Assembly: GCA_963809485.1 (NCBI GenBank)
Contig: CAWEJX010000020.1
Coordinates: 960,001-1,024,000 of the forward strand
DNA length: 64,000 nt
Direction: 5' to 3'
Source of the DNA: an uncultured Acidobacteriota bacterium
GTDB lineage: Bacteria; Acidobacteriota; UBA6911
Numbering within the stretch: position 1 is the stretch's first letter; every line of letters starts with the position of its first letter. Shown piece after piece: positions 38,618 through 48,918 of this stretch. The notes beneath the pieces were generated by a model, which had not been told where the DNA came from, did not search any database, and was given only the letters and a program-made list of their open reading frames with translations. A program made the translations under genes and the position numbers.

Positions 38618-40473
38618 GCGTTGGAACGGTGGAAGTTGCGGGCGCTTCCGATCTGGACAGGTGGATTCGGCCATTCCGGGGAGGCGGCGCTCGAAATCTG
38701 GAAAACCTCCTGATGACGTTTTGCCTGGCCGCGATGGTCCTGCTGCCCCTGGCCGATATCGCCCTGCGCTCCAGCACAATTGTCCTGTCCGGTTCGAGCG
38801 CTATCCAGTGCCATTTGACGCTGTTTGTCTGCATGATCGGGGGCGCCCTCGCCGCGCGCGAGGCGCGGCATCTTTCGCTTTCAACGGTAACGGTTTTTCT
38901 GAAGGGTCGCGCCAAAGATTATGCGCGCCTTTTCAGCGGAGCTTTTGCAGCCGCAACGACTTTTTTCCTTTTTATCGCCAGTCTCCGCTTTGTGCTCCAG
39001 CAGCGTGAGGCAGGCAACATCCTGGTTTACGGAATTCCAATTTGGGTAGCGCAGACCATTCTCCCGTTGGGATTCGCCGTCATAACGGTACGCCTCCTGA
39101 AGCACGCCGCCGACAGTTGGGCCGGACGGGGCGTCGCAACACTCATCGCCTGTGCGCTGACGGCAACGATAGCCTATCTGCCGGCGGATCCATCCCGGTG
39201 GGTCCTCCCTACCCTGCTGATACTTCTGGTTGCGACCATTCTCGGCGCTCCCATTTTCGTAACGCTCGGGGGCGCCGCGCTCATACTTCTCTGGGGCGAT
39301 GCCGTCCCCATCGAAATGATGCCCATCCGGCATTACCAGCAGGTCACCAATGCATCGCTGCCGGCGATTCCGATGTTTACGCTGGCCGGCTACCTGCTGG
39401 CGGAAGGCGGCGCCGCCAGAAGGCTGATTCGGGTTTTTCAAGCCCTGGTGGGTCATATCCGGGGCGGTCCGGCCATCGCGGCAGTCCTTGCCTGCGCCTT
39501 TTTCACCAGTTTCACCGGCGCATCCGGAATTACTATCCTTGCCCTGGGCGCCCTCCTTATGCCGGTTCTGCTGTCGGCGCGCTACGCCGAAAGAGATGCT
39601 CTAGGCCTGCTGACGGGTTCGGGATCCATTGGGCTTCTCTTCCCGCCCTGTCTGCCCGTAATTCTCTACGCGATCATCGCCAACACTGATATCAACCAGA
39701 TGTTCCTGGGCGGCATCTTCCCCGGAATCCTCATGGTCGTGGCCGCATGTATCTGGGGGGTCTCCAGGAGTCCCAAAATCATCGCATCCGAGGGCAAAGG
39801 ATTCCAATGGGCCGAAGCCCGAAGCGCTTTATGGGATGCAAAATGGGAACTCCTGCTGCCGGTTGTCGCCTGCGCAGCTCTTTTCAGCGGTTATGCGACT
39901 GCCGTGGAGGCTTCCGCCATCACGGCCCTCTATGCCTTTGTCGCAGAATGCCTGGTTTACAGGGATCTGAAAATTACCCGCGATCTCCCCCGCGTGATAG
40001 CGGAATGCGGTCTGCTGGTGGGCGCCATCCTGCTGATCCTGGGTGTTGCGCTGGGCTTCACAGGGTACCTTGTCCAGGCTCAGGTCCCCGAACAGCTGAT
40101 TGCCTGGGTTCAGAATACCGTGCATTCGCCCCTGCTCTTCCTGCTTGCCCTCAACTGCTTTTTGCTCATCGTCGGCTGCCTGATGGATATTTTTTCCGCA
40201 ATTATTGTCGTGGTGCCGCTACTGAAGCCGCTGGGGGCGGCGTTCGGGATCGACCCGGTCCACCTTGGAATCATTTTCCTGGCCAACCTGGAGTTGGGCT
40301 ATCTGACCCCGCCCGTCGGATTGAATCTGTTCCTGTCATCTTATCGCTTCAACAAGCCGATGCCCCAGGTATGGAACTCGATCATTCCGATCCTTCTCGT
40401 GCTGCTGTGCGGCGTCCTGCTGATCACATACGTGCCTGCGCTGTCGACGATTCTGCCGCAGCACTTCAGGTGA
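38614..40473 (+). CDS. dctM: Fused TRAP small and large permease (DctQ-DctM)
   Basis: About 16 TM helices; AIPMFTLAG, FTGASG, GSIGLLFPP, LGYLTPPVGLNLF; ATGA overlap with dctP. Confidence 0.92.
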   Translation: MSVGTVEVAGASDLDRWIRPFRGGGARNLENLLMTFCLAAMVLLPLADIALRSSTIVLSGSSAIQCHLTLFVCMIGGALAAREARHLSLSTVTVFLKGRAKDYARLFSGAFAAATTFFLFIASLRFVLQQREAGNILVYGIPIWVAQTILPLGFAVITVRLLKHAADSWAGRGVATLIACALTATIAYLPADPSRWVLPTLLILLVATILGAPIFVTLGGAALILLWGDAVPIEMMPIRHYQQVTNASLPAIPMFTLAGYLLAEGGAARRLIRVFQALVGHIRGGPAIAAVLACAFFTSFTGASGITILALGALLMPVLLSARYAERDALGLLTGSGSIGLLFPPCLPVILYAIIANTDINQMFLGGIFPGILMVVAACIWGVSRSPKIIASEGKGFQWAEARSALWDAKWELLLPVVACAALFSGYATAVEASAITALYAFVAECLVYRDLKITRDLPRVIAECGLLVGAILLILGVALGFTGYLVQAQVPEQLIAWVQNTVHSPLLFLLALNCFLLIVGCLMDIFSAIIVVVPLLKPLGAAFGIDPVHLGIIFLANLELGYLTPPVGLNLFLSSYRFNKPMPQVWNSIIPILLVLLCGVLLITYVPALSTILPQHFR

Positions 40474-40551
40474 TCCTGTAAGGACGGTTCTCAGGAACCG
40501 TCCCCGGACCGCGGCGATAGAGTGCCGCATTTGCAGAGAAAGGAATTGTTC

Positions 40552-42045
40552 ATGAACGTCGCTGATTTGTTTGCGAACGCTGCAGTCTGTTATCCGGGAA
40601 AAAATGCGCTGATCTTCGGAGACCGGGCCTATACCTATAACGAGATGAACCGGATCATTGCAGGGGTGGCAGCTTATTTGAAGACACTGGGCATCGTCCG
40701 AGGGGACCGCATCTCGCTTTACATGCTGAACCGGCCCGAATGGATCATGGCTTACTATGGCGCGGCCAGAATCGGCGCAATAACCGTTTGCGTGCCGGGA
40801 GCATACAAGACGGATGAAGTCAAAAATGTGGTGAATGACTCGAAATCCTCAATCCTGATAACCTCCGAATCCCATCAGTCGCTGCTCCCTGCACCTGAGG
40901 CGATACCCGGAATAAGGGAAGTCATTGTGGTCGAGCGGGACGAGGTTCTGCAATCCATCCTGAAGGGAGAAAACGCAAACTTCTGCGACACGGACACCGA
41001 TATCACCGGCGACGATGCCTGCGCGATACTGTACACGGGGGGAACGACAGGCACGCCCAAGGGCGCCATGCTGACGCACCGGAACCTTATCTACAGCGCA
41101 CAAAATGTCATTTATCACGAACGGATGGTTCCCGAAGACATAGGATCATGCTTCCTTCCTCTCAACCATGTCTTCGCCCAATGCCATATTATGCATACGG
41201 TCTTTTGCGCCTGCGCCACACTGGTGCTTTTCCCCGGCTTCGATATGGACAGGGTAACCGCAGCCGTTACGGAACATAACGTGACCCGTTTCTACGCCGT
41301 TCCCACCGTCTTCATCCGCTATCTGAACAATCCGGAAACAAGGAAACAGCTGAAAAGCGTCCGTTACGTATTTTCGGGAGGAACCAGCATGCCCGCCGAA
41401 ATAGTACGGCAATGGGAGGACGCTTACGGCACCCGCATTCACGAAGCCTACGGGATGACGGAGGCCGCTTCCCTGGTGACTTTTAATCACATCTTCCGGC
41501 ACAAGATCGGGTCCATCGGAATGCCCGGAGGCATCATCGAGGTAAAGGTTGTGGATGAAAACGACAGGGAAGTCAGGCAGGGGCAGCAGGGCGAAATTAT
41601 TATACGGGGCCCCAATATCATGAAGGGCTATTTCCAGCAGCCCGAGGAGACGGCCATGTCCCTCCGCAACGGATGGTTTCACTCCGGGGACGTGGGCGTC
41701 TTCGACGAAGAGGGGTATCTTTTTATTGTGGACCGCATCAAGGACATCATCATTACCGGCGGCGAGAATGTCTATCCCAAGGAAGTCGAGGACACGCTCC
41801 ATCAGCACAGGGCCGTCAACGAATGCGGGGTTGTGGGTTTGCCCGATCGTGAATATGGAGAAGCCGTTACCGCTTTCGTGACATTGAAACCGGGCATCTC
41901 CGCGGATGAACGCACTCTCATTGCATTCTGCAAGGAAAAGATGGCCGGCTACAAAGTACCCAAGAAAATCCGCTTTGTTGCCGACCTGCCGAAAACGCCG
42001 CAGGGCAAAATTCTCCGCCGGGAATTGCGGAAAGTTACGAACTGA
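40552..42045 (+). CDS. AMP-dependent acyl-CoA synthetase (long-chain fatty acid CoA ligase-like)
   Basis: YTGGTTGTPKG, YGMTE, GWFHSGD, DRIKD, LPKTPQGKILR. Confidence 0.92.
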   Translation: MNVADLFANAAVCYPGKNALIFGDRAYTYNEMNRIIAGVAAYLKTLGIVRGDRISLYMLNRPEWIMAYYGAARIGAITVCVPGAYKTDEVKNVVNDSKSSILITSESHQSLLPAPEAIPGIREVIVVERDEVLQSILKGENANFCDTDTDITGDDACAILYTGGTTGTPKGAMLTHRNLIYSAQNVIYHERMVPEDIGSCFLPLNHVFAQCHIMHTVFCACATLVLFPGFDMDRVTAAVTEHNVTRFYAVPTVFIRYLNNPETRKQLKSVRYVFSGGTSMPAEIVRQWEDAYGTRIHEAYGMTEAASLVTFNHIFRHKIGSIGMPGGIIEVKVVDENDREVRQGQQGEIIIRGPNIMKGYFQQPEETAMSLRNGWFHSGDVGVFDEEGYLFIVDRIKDIIITGGENVYPKEVEDTLHQHRAVNECGVVGLPDREYGEAVTAFVTLKPGISADERTLIAFCKEKMAGYKVPKKIRFVADLPKTPQGKILRRELRKVTN

Positions 42046-42069
42046 ATCAAAGCTCCAAGGAGAATTGCA

Positions 42070-43683
42070 ATGACTCGAGAATTCCGGATCGGGGAGTGGC
42101 GAGTCGAGCCTGAACTGAACTGTATCACGAAGGGGAGCCATCGGATATCCATTGAGCCTCGAGTTATAGAGGTCCTTGCCTACATGGCGGATTACCCGGG
42201 GGAAGTGCTCTCGAAGAAGCAGATCATGAAGGCCGTCTGGCCGGACACCTATGTCAGCGACGAGGTGATCCGCTACTCGATTTCCGAGCTGCGCAAAGCC
42301 TTCAAAGACGACGCGAAAAACCCGCGCATTATTCAAACGATCGCACGCAGGGGCTACCGTTTGATCGCCCCGGTAACCAGGCAGGGGCCCGCAGCCGAAT
42401 CCAGGGGATCCATCGCCGTCCTGCCTTTTTCCGACTTGAGTCTGGCCGGAGACCAGGGATACCTGTGCGACGGGATCTCCGAGGAAATCATAAACAGCCT
42501 GAGCCGCATAAATGGCTTGCGGGTTTCCTCCCGCACATCTTCTTTCACTTACAAGGGAAAGTTGGAGGACATACGCTCGATCGGAAGGAGCCTTGGAGTT
42601 ACGACAGTGCTGGAAGGTAGCGTCCGGAAGGATGGAAATCAATTGCGCATTACGGTCCAGCTGACCAATGTGGAGGATGGATGCCTTCTCTGGTCGGAAA
42701 GCTACGACCGTGAACTGAAGCACGTTTTTGCCATCCAGGACGAAATAGCCCGGACCATCGCCTCCACCTTGAAGATTGCGCTGACTCCCAGGGAGCGCGT
42801 GGCCATAGGGAGGGCCCCGACGACCGACCTGCAGGCCTATGATTTCTACCTTCGCGGCCGTCAGTTTTTTTATCAGTACAAGCGCAAGGGCATCGAATTT
42901 GCCTTGAAGATGTTTTCCCATGCGATTGAACTTGATCCGGCTTTTGTGCGAGCTTTCGCCGGAATGGCGGATTGCTGCTCGTTTTTATACATGTACGCGG
43001 GAAGCCACGATCAGCACCGCCGGCAGGCCGACGAAATGAGCCGCAAAGCGCTCGAACTGGATCCGGAGTCGGCCGAAGCGCACGCTTCACGAGGCCTGGC
43101 CTGCACTTTGATGAAAAGCTATGCGGATGCGGAACAGGAATTTGAGAGGGCCATCCGGCTGGGCCCCAATCTCTTTGAAGCCTATTACCTGTATGGCAGG
43201 GCCTGTTTCGCACAGGGCAAACTGGAAAAAACCATTCAACTATACGAAAAAGCAATAGAAGTGAATCCTCAGGATTACCAGGTCCCCCTCCTGGTCGCCC
43301 AGATTTATGCGGATCTGGATGATGCTCCTAAGGCTGAAGCCTCCCGCCGTCGCGGCATCCGGGCCGCCGAAACGAAACTCAGGCTGAACCCGGACGATTC
43401 GAGGGCTCTGTATATGGGCGCCAACGGCCTGGTTGCGCTGGGCGAATATGAGAAGGGCCTGGAATGGGCACGTCAGGCCCTTGAAATCGACCCGGATGAG
43501 CCGATGGTCCTGTATAACGTCGGGTGTATCCAGTCGCTGGCCCACCAATACGACGACGCCCTCGATTCGCTCGAAAGAGCCTTCAAGAACGGTCTGACCG
43601 AGAAGGGCTGGTACGAGCACGACAGCAACCTGGATCCGTTGCGACCTCATCCCCGGTTCAAGCGTCTCCTCAAACAGCTGTAA
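42070..43683 (+). CDS. Winged-helix (CadC/OmpR-type) + TolB-like + TPR transcriptional regulator
   Basis: IEPRVIEVL...IQTIARRGYRL; SIAVLPFSDL...VLEGSVR; multiple TPRs. Confidence 0.9.
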   Translation: MTREFRIGEWRVEPELNCITKGSHRISIEPRVIEVLAYMADYPGEVLSKKQIMKAVWPDTYVSDEVIRYSISELRKAFKDDAKNPRIIQTIARRGYRLIAPVTRQGPAAESRGSIAVLPFSDLSLAGDQGYLCDGISEEIINSLSRINGLRVSSRTSSFTYKGKLEDIRSIGRSLGVTTVLEGSVRKDGNQLRITVQLTNVEDGCLLWSESYDRELKHVFAIQDEIARTIASTLKIALTPRERVAIGRAPTTDLQAYDFYLRGRQFFYQYKRKGIEFALKMFSHAIELDPAFVRAFAGMADCCSFLYMYAGSHDQHRRQADEMSRKALELDPESAEAHASRGLACTLMKSYADAEQEFERAIRLGPNLFEAYYLYGRACFAQGKLEKTIQLYEKAIEVNPQDYQVPLLVAQIYADLDDAPKAEASRRRGIRAAETKLRLNPDDSRALYMGANGLVALGEYEKGLEWARQALEIDPDEPMVLYNVGCIQSLAHQYDDALDSLERAFKNGLTEKGWYEHDSNLDPLRPHPRFKRLLKQL

Positions 43684-43689
43684 TCCGGA

Positions 43690-43724
43690 ATCACCCGAAT
43701 CCTCACAAAACCCTCACAAGAACC
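43690..43724 (+). promoter_or_regulatory. Phased direct repeats (candidate winged-helix binding site)
   Basis: TCAC at 43691, 43703 and 43714; CCTCACAA occurs twice with an 11-bp period, upstream of the gene at 43815. Confidence 0.5.
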
Positions 43725-43814
43725 TGCGGTCGCAGGCCGTAATAATTAATCAGAAAGGGCGAGATACCCAAACCTAAACAGGGATGAGCGCCGCAAAACC
43801 ACAAAGGAGGATTT

Positions 43815-44237
43815 ATGAAAAAGCACCTGGTTGTTCTGAGTCTGATTTCGATGTTTGCCGTAACGATGAGCCTGGCATACGCAGCCGGAGGGGCTGCCAT
43901 GCGTGTGGATATTCCCTTTGATTTTTACATGGGAGACCAGTTGATGCCTGCAGGCATGTATCACTTTCAGATAGGCTCCGGCATCGCTGCGACCTCAGCG
44001 CTGCTCAAGGTTCGCGAACTGAATGGCGCCGGATACTTTGTTCTGACCACGCCGGCTACGACTGCGGGGAATTCCGACCAGAAGTTTTTACAGTTCCACA
44101 AATATGGCGAAAAGTATTTCCTGGCCAGCGTTGCGATTCACAATTACAGAGGGAATCTTAGTGAGCGCAAACTCGAGAGAGAATTGAAGGCACAGGATCA
44201 GGATGCGCAGGCCACGATACTGCTGGCCAGCAAGTAG
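43815..44237 (+). CDS. Small secreted hypothetical protein
   Basis: Strong RBS AAGGAGG, signal peptide, VDIPFDF...MPAGMY, LQFHKYGEKYFLA. Confidence 0.8.
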   Translation: MKKHLVVLSLISMFAVTMSLAYAAGGAAMRVDIPFDFYMGDQLMPAGMYHFQIGSGIAATSALLKVRELNGAGYFVLTTPATTAGNSDQKFLQFHKYGEKYFLASVAIHNYRGNLSERKLERELKAQDQDAQATILLASK

Positions 44238-44667
44238 GGCAAGGAGGCTTGCCTTTCGGTGAAACACCGCCTCTGCTTCTCCCCTTAAAAAGCTGGTCAG
44301 AGAAGCACAGAGGCGCTTATGAGACCCATTGCGACATGCGTAGCTGCTGCTGTGATCCTTTCCCCGGTGGCTCCGGTACCCGGCCCTGACGCAGGGACGA
44401 TGGAACGATTGAGGCGCGTATGGCCGCATCGGCAACAAAGATGCGGCCTACCGCGCCGGAAAAAAGCGATGTTTCCTCGATGTGAAGGGATCCTTCAGCG
44501 CACTCGGTGAAATCCGCAGCCCGTTATCCTCTGGCAAACCTTCGCCCGCCAATAAAACCTTCCCGCCGGCAATCCGGCCGGCATAAAATCCGGCGCTACG
44601 GATATTCCCGGCATGGGATAAAATCGGGCTGCAGATATCCCATTGGATTTTGCGGAAAGGAATAAAA

Positions 44668-45432
44668 ATGAATCGCGTTAAAGGCAAAGTAGCGATCGTT
44701 ACCGGCGCCGCCGGCGGGCTGGGCGGGGCCGAGGCTACCCTTCTGGCAGATGAAGGAGCCAAAGTTGTTGTGACGGATATCGACGAAGGCGCCATTGAAA
44801 AGCTTGCGGAATCCATTCGCAGCCGCGGCGGCGAGGCTCTCTCCATCAAACACGATGTAGCCAGTGAAGCCGAATGGATCGAGGTTATGGGCAAGACTCT
44901 GGACGCTTTCGGCAGGCTGGACGTCCTCGTCAACAACGCGGGAGTCATCATTTATAAAAAAATCGAGGATATTTCCCTGGACGAGTGGCGATGGCTCATG
45001 AGCGTGAATCTGGACGGCGTTTTTCTGGGTACCAAACACGCCATCGGCGCCATGAAGAAGAGCGGAGGCGGATCCATCATTAATATCGCCTCCACAGCGG
45101 CCTTGATCGGCAACCCGGATGCGTCGGCATATCACGCGAGCAAAGGAGGCGTCCGGCTGTTCAGCAAGGCTGCAGCCATCGAATGCTCGAAGGCAGGCTA
45201 CGGATACAATATCCGTGTGAACTCCATTTATCCGGGAGTCATCAACACCGCCATGGCGGATCCTCTGAAAAAGGATGAGAACAAGTACAACACGGCCGTA
45301 AGCTGGCATCCGATGGGGCATTTTGGCGAGCCGGAGGACATTGCCTATGGCGTGCTGTATCTTGCATCCGATGAGTCCAAATTCCTCACGGGTTCGGAGC
45401 TTGTGATCGACGGCGGCTGGACTTCCCGCTGA
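44668..45432 (+). CDS. SDR family oxidoreductase (hydroxysteroid/cyclopentanol dehydrogenase-like)
   Basis: TGAAGGLG, NNAG, YHASK, IRVNSIYPG. Confidence 0.92.
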   Translation: MNRVKGKVAIVTGAAGGLGGAEATLLADEGAKVVVTDIDEGAIEKLAESIRSRGGEALSIKHDVASEAEWIEVMGKTLDAFGRLDVLVNNAGVIIYKKIEDISLDEWRWLMSVNLDGVFLGTKHAIGAMKKSGGGSIINIASTAALIGNPDASAYHASKGGVRLFSKAAAIECSKAGYGYNIRVNSIYPGVINTAMADPLKKDENKYNTAVSWHPMGHFGEPEDIAYGVLYLASDESKFLTGSELVIDGGWTSR

Positions 45433-45507
45433 CGCAAACCGGCAACAGCCGATCTATCAATCCTCTGCGAAGGTGGGGATTATCGATGCATTGAGCGGTT
45501 GGACCGA

Positions 45508-46140
45508 CTAACGCACGCGAAAATTTCCGACTCCGAGGGAGTGCGCCAGAGCCCTGCACTGTTCGATTTCCTCGTCCGTCAGGGCAAAGCCGACAACACT
45601 CGCCTGAATCCTCTCGAAAAAAGCCGGGGCACGCTTAAGGAAATCCAGCGTCGCTTCCCAAAAGTCTTCCGGGGTCAGCCCGGCGCGGCCGGAATCCGGA
45701 ATCGACCGAAGATCCGGGAGGCACAGCTCCAGATACTTTCCCAGGTTCGGAGCGTTCAACGAGACCGAGACCTCATCCACGGCCCGCGAAAGCTCCTCGA
45801 GCACATCCCGGCCATGAATGAGACAGGCATGGCCGTTGGTATTGAGCCGGATTTTTGCGCCATGTCTGCGCAGCCATGGCGACGCCGCGGTAATCAGATC
45901 CAGGCGGTAGGTCGGCTCCCCGAATCCGCACCAGATGAATTCGACGATCTTCTCGAGGGGTCCACGCTGAAGCACGGCTTTTTGGAGCTGACTCAGGTCA
46001 GGCTCTGTACCACCCCACAGGACCGCGCCTCCCAAGCCACGGCTGTAATTCCGGACACAAAATGAACACCGGTTGGTACAGCGGTTGGTCCCATTGAGGT
46101 AAAGGCGGCCCGGATCTCCATAGATGTATGCGTATTCCAT
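45508..46140 (-). CDS. Radical SAM protein (TatD-associated type)
   Basis: LYLNGTNRCTNRCSFCVR, WCGFGEPT, IRLNTNG, SVSLNAP, C-terminal FRVR. Confidence 0.85.
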   Translation of the reverse strand: MEYAYIYGDPGRLYLNGTNRCTNRCSFCVRNYSRGLGGAVLWGGTEPDLSQLQKAVLQRGPLEKIVEFIWCGFGEPTYRLDLITAASPWLRRHGAKIRLNTNGHACLIHGRDVLEELSRAVDEVSVSLNAPNLGKYLELCLPDLRSIPDSGRAGLTPEDFWEATLDFLKRAPAFFERIQASVVGFALTDEEIEQCRALAHSLGVGNFRVR

Positions 46141-46326
46141 AGCGTATGCAGCTGCGCGGCGGCTGCAGCCGATGGCCTCCCGGGGGGAAGTCGGGCGCCG
46201 CTTTTCGTGGCTACCCACCCTGGCAATAGGAAACCCCGGAATCCTGACGTTCCAAATTAACAGAAATCAAAGAAACGCAGGCATTCCGAGGTCTTAACAG
46301 GTTACTGTACCCGGAGATCGCCGGGA

Positions 46327-47157
46327 TTATGGTTTTTCCAGCGTTGCGTTCCAGTTGCTCTGGTCCGTGCCGTATTTCAGACGCGCCGAAATTGTTTCAC
46401 CGTTCACATTCCCGATGTACTCCGCTTCGCCTGCGGTTAAACTGATCTCGTTGCCCGTCAATTTACCGATTACGGGCGTGCTTTTACCATTCAGATCGAG
46501 CGTTCCGGAAAGCATCTGATATTTCTGCTGGAGGGTGAGTTCGCCCTGAGGCAGCTTCCACTTCCCTTCCGCCTTTGCGGGCACTATCCAGAGATAGGCC
46601 GTACACCATGTGGCGCAGCCGTTTTCCAGGCTTACGGTCCCATCCGCCTCCCAATCCTCCATGGTGAAGGAGTTTGAGACGATCCGTGTCCCCGGCTTCA
46701 GGTTCAGCAGCTTGGGGCGAAGCCGGATGTTGATATCCGGGAGCAGAAACATCGTAATCACGGTAGCGCCCGAAAAGTCACTCTCGAACAGGTCTGCCTT
46801 GGCGAAGGCGGCCTTGTCCGTTACACCCTGCTCAAGGGCATTTTTTTTCGAAAGCTCGACCATATCGGGGTTGTATTCGATACCCAGCGCCCGGGTGCCT
46901 CGCTTTGCGGCGGTTATGACGGTGCGTCCATCGCCGGAGCCCAGGTCGATCAGGTAATCCTGGGGCGTAACCTTCGCAAGCTCGAGCATTTTATCGACCA
47001 GTTCCTGCTGCGTCGGCACCCAGACCACATCCTTGCCGGGTTGTCCCACGACCGGTTCGTAACCGCTCAGCTGCGGCTCCTGGGCCAGAATGAACGAAGT
47101 ACTTGAGATAAGAGTGAATACCAAAATCATGCAAAATAGGGGATGCCCTCGTTTCAT
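46327..47157 (-). CDS. Class I SAM-dependent methyltransferase with signal peptide
   Basis: GKDVVWVPT, DLGSGDGR, LKPGTRIVSNSF. Confidence 0.88.
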   Translation of the reverse strand: MKRGHPLFCMILVFTLISSTSFILAQEPQLSGYEPVVGQPGKDVVWVPTQQELVDKMLELAKVTPQDYLIDLGSGDGRTVITAAKRGTRALGIEYNPDMVELSKKNALEQGVTDKAAFAKADLFESDFSGATVITMFLLPDINIRLRPKLLNLKPGTRIVSNSFTMEDWEADGTVSLENGCATWCTAYLWIVPAKAEGKWKLPQGELTLQQKYQMLSGTLDLNGKSTPVIGKLTGNEISLTAGEAEYIGNVNGETISARLKYGTDQSNWNATLEKP

Positions 47158-47411
47158 ATTTCAGCTCCTGTCCGGATTAAGTGCTACCAAAAAGCGAGTG
47201 ATTATAACTCCGGGCAAATACTTATGGCACATGGAAATTCATCAGCGAATATTTATGGAGCAGGCCGGCAATTGGACGCGCGAGCAGCCGGGAGCGGCAG
47301 CCGGCTCAATCCGGCGTCCTGTATAGCCAATCGCTGCGCCATCTGCTAAGCTCGACCCGGCCGGATGCCTGATCCGGAAAAACCTTTGGACATATAACGG
47401 GAGAAACCCGT

Positions 47412-48185
47412 ATGAAGGATCACTCTTTGAACGGCAAAGTTGCGATCGTTACCGGAGGCAGAAGAGGCATAGGCAGGGCTATTGCGCTTGCATTCGCCGC
47501 AGATGGAGCCGATGTCGCAGTTTCCGACCGGGTCGCCGACGATGGCAGGCTTCAGGAAACGGCGGCGAATATCATGGAACTGGGCCGGCGGTCACTGGCG
47601 CTGCGGGTCGACGTCTCGCGGCGTCGAGACGTGGAGGAAATGGTCCAGCTCGTGATGGAAGGTTTCGGGAGGATCGATGTTCTGGTGAACTGCGCAGGCA
47701 TATGGATACCCGGACAAACCCTGACCGAATGCAGTGAGGAAAATTGGGACAATGTCATCGATACGAATCTAAAGGGGACCTACCTCTGCTGCCAGACAGC
47801 GGGAAAAATTATGGCCGGGCAGAACAGCGGCTGCATCGTCAACCTCTCTTCCCAGGTGGGAATCACTCCCGGCACCGGCGTCGGCGCCTATTCTGTTTCA
47901 AAAGCCGGAATCATCATGCTCACTCGGCAACTCGCTCTGGAACTGGCTTCCTTCCACGTCAGGGTGAATGCGCTGGCGCCCGGGATCGTTAAAACGGATT
48001 TCAACTCCGCTTTCTGGCAGGATCCCAAAGTTGAAAAGCGGACCTCCGGCATGGTGCCTCTGGGCCGTTTGGCAGAACCCGAGGACATCGCGGAGGCGGC
48101 TCTTTTCCTTGCATCGGAAAGATCGGGCTATGTAACCGGCGAGGTCCTTTGCGTAAACGGCGGATGGACGCCTGCCAGTGGTTAG
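47412..48185 (+). CDS. SDR family oxidoreductase
   Basis: TGGRRGIG, NCAG, YSVSK, VRVNALAPG. Confidence 0.92.
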   Translation: MKDHSLNGKVAIVTGGRRGIGRAIALAFAADGADVAVSDRVADDGRLQETAANIMELGRRSLALRVDVSRRRDVEEMVQLVMEGFGRIDVLVNCAGIWIPGQTLTECSEENWDNVIDTNLKGTYLCCQTAGKIMAGQNSGCIVNLSSQVGITPGTGVGAYSVSKAGIIMLTRQLALELASFHVRVNALAPGIVKTDFNSAFWQDPKVEKRTSGMVPLGRLAEPEDIAEAALFLASERSGYVTGEVLCVNGGWTPASG

Positions 48186-48213
48186 CGGTTAGTGGTTAGT
48201 GATTAGTGATTAG
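48179..48213. repeat. Five tandem heptamers (TGGTTAG/TGATTAG)
   Basis: TGGTTAG CGGTTAG TGGTTAG TGATTAG TGATTAG, beginning at the SDR stop codon. Confidence 0.7.
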
Positions 48214-48273
48214 AACATTCTTGATTAATCACAATTTTAATGATCCAGGAAATAATCGTTCCACGTTCCGCTG

Positions 48274-48840
48274 CTATTTCAGACGTCTGGCCAATTGGCA
48301 GACGCTGGTGCCGAGGAGTCGGGCTTCCTGCATGGCCGACATGTCGATGCCGCCGCCTACTCCCGTCAGGACATCTCCGACTTCCCTTCCGTAGCCGATG
48401 GCTCCGCCGGCCACAATCATGCCCTGTGCGATACAAAACGAGTAGAGCAGCGACCGCGCCTGAATCGCTCCGACTCTTCTTGTGACAACCAGGGCGCCCG
48501 CCACCTTGTCTTTCAGCGCCCGGCGCCCGAGAAGGGCGAACATTCGATCCATGACCGCCTTCATCTGTGCGCTGACCGTGCCGAAATAGACCGGGCTGCC
48601 GAAAATCACAGCGTCCGCGCGCTCGAGCATGGCATATAGCTCCTGCATTTCGTCCTGAACGATACAGGCGCCGGCCTCGAAGCAGATCCCGCATGCATCA
48701 CAAGGTGCCACGCTTTTTTCCGACATGCGGAACATTTCAGTCTCGAAGCCTGCTTCGCGGCACACTTTCAAAACTTCATTCATCAGGATCTCGGTGTTGC
48801 CGTTTTTGCGGGGACTGCCCACAATTCCCAGAATTTTCAT
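48274..48840 (-). CDS. Iron-sulfur flavoprotein / flavodoxin-fold FMN reductase
   Basis: GSPRKNGNT, CDACGIC...C, FGSPVYFG. Confidence 0.9.
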   Translation of the reverse strand: MKILGIVGSPRKNGNTEILMNEVLKVCREAGFETEMFRMSEKSVAPCDACGICFEAGACIVQDEMQELYAMLERADAVIFGSPVYFGTVSAQMKAVMDRMFALLGRRALKDKVAGALVVTRRVGAIQARSLLYSFCIAQGMIVAGGAIGYGREVGDVLTGVGGGIDMSAMQEARLLGTSVCQLARRLK

Positions 48841-48918
48841 CCACACCTCCCTGCTTTGTAAGTCCGGGGATTATTAACACGGGACTGGACGACAGAATCC
48901 GCCCGGATGCCCGTCCCG

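Noticed and set aside
41146-42921. 591-aa minus-strand ORF
   Set aside because: Antisense to two genes with clear motifs and has no recognisable domain; typical high-GC shadow ORF.
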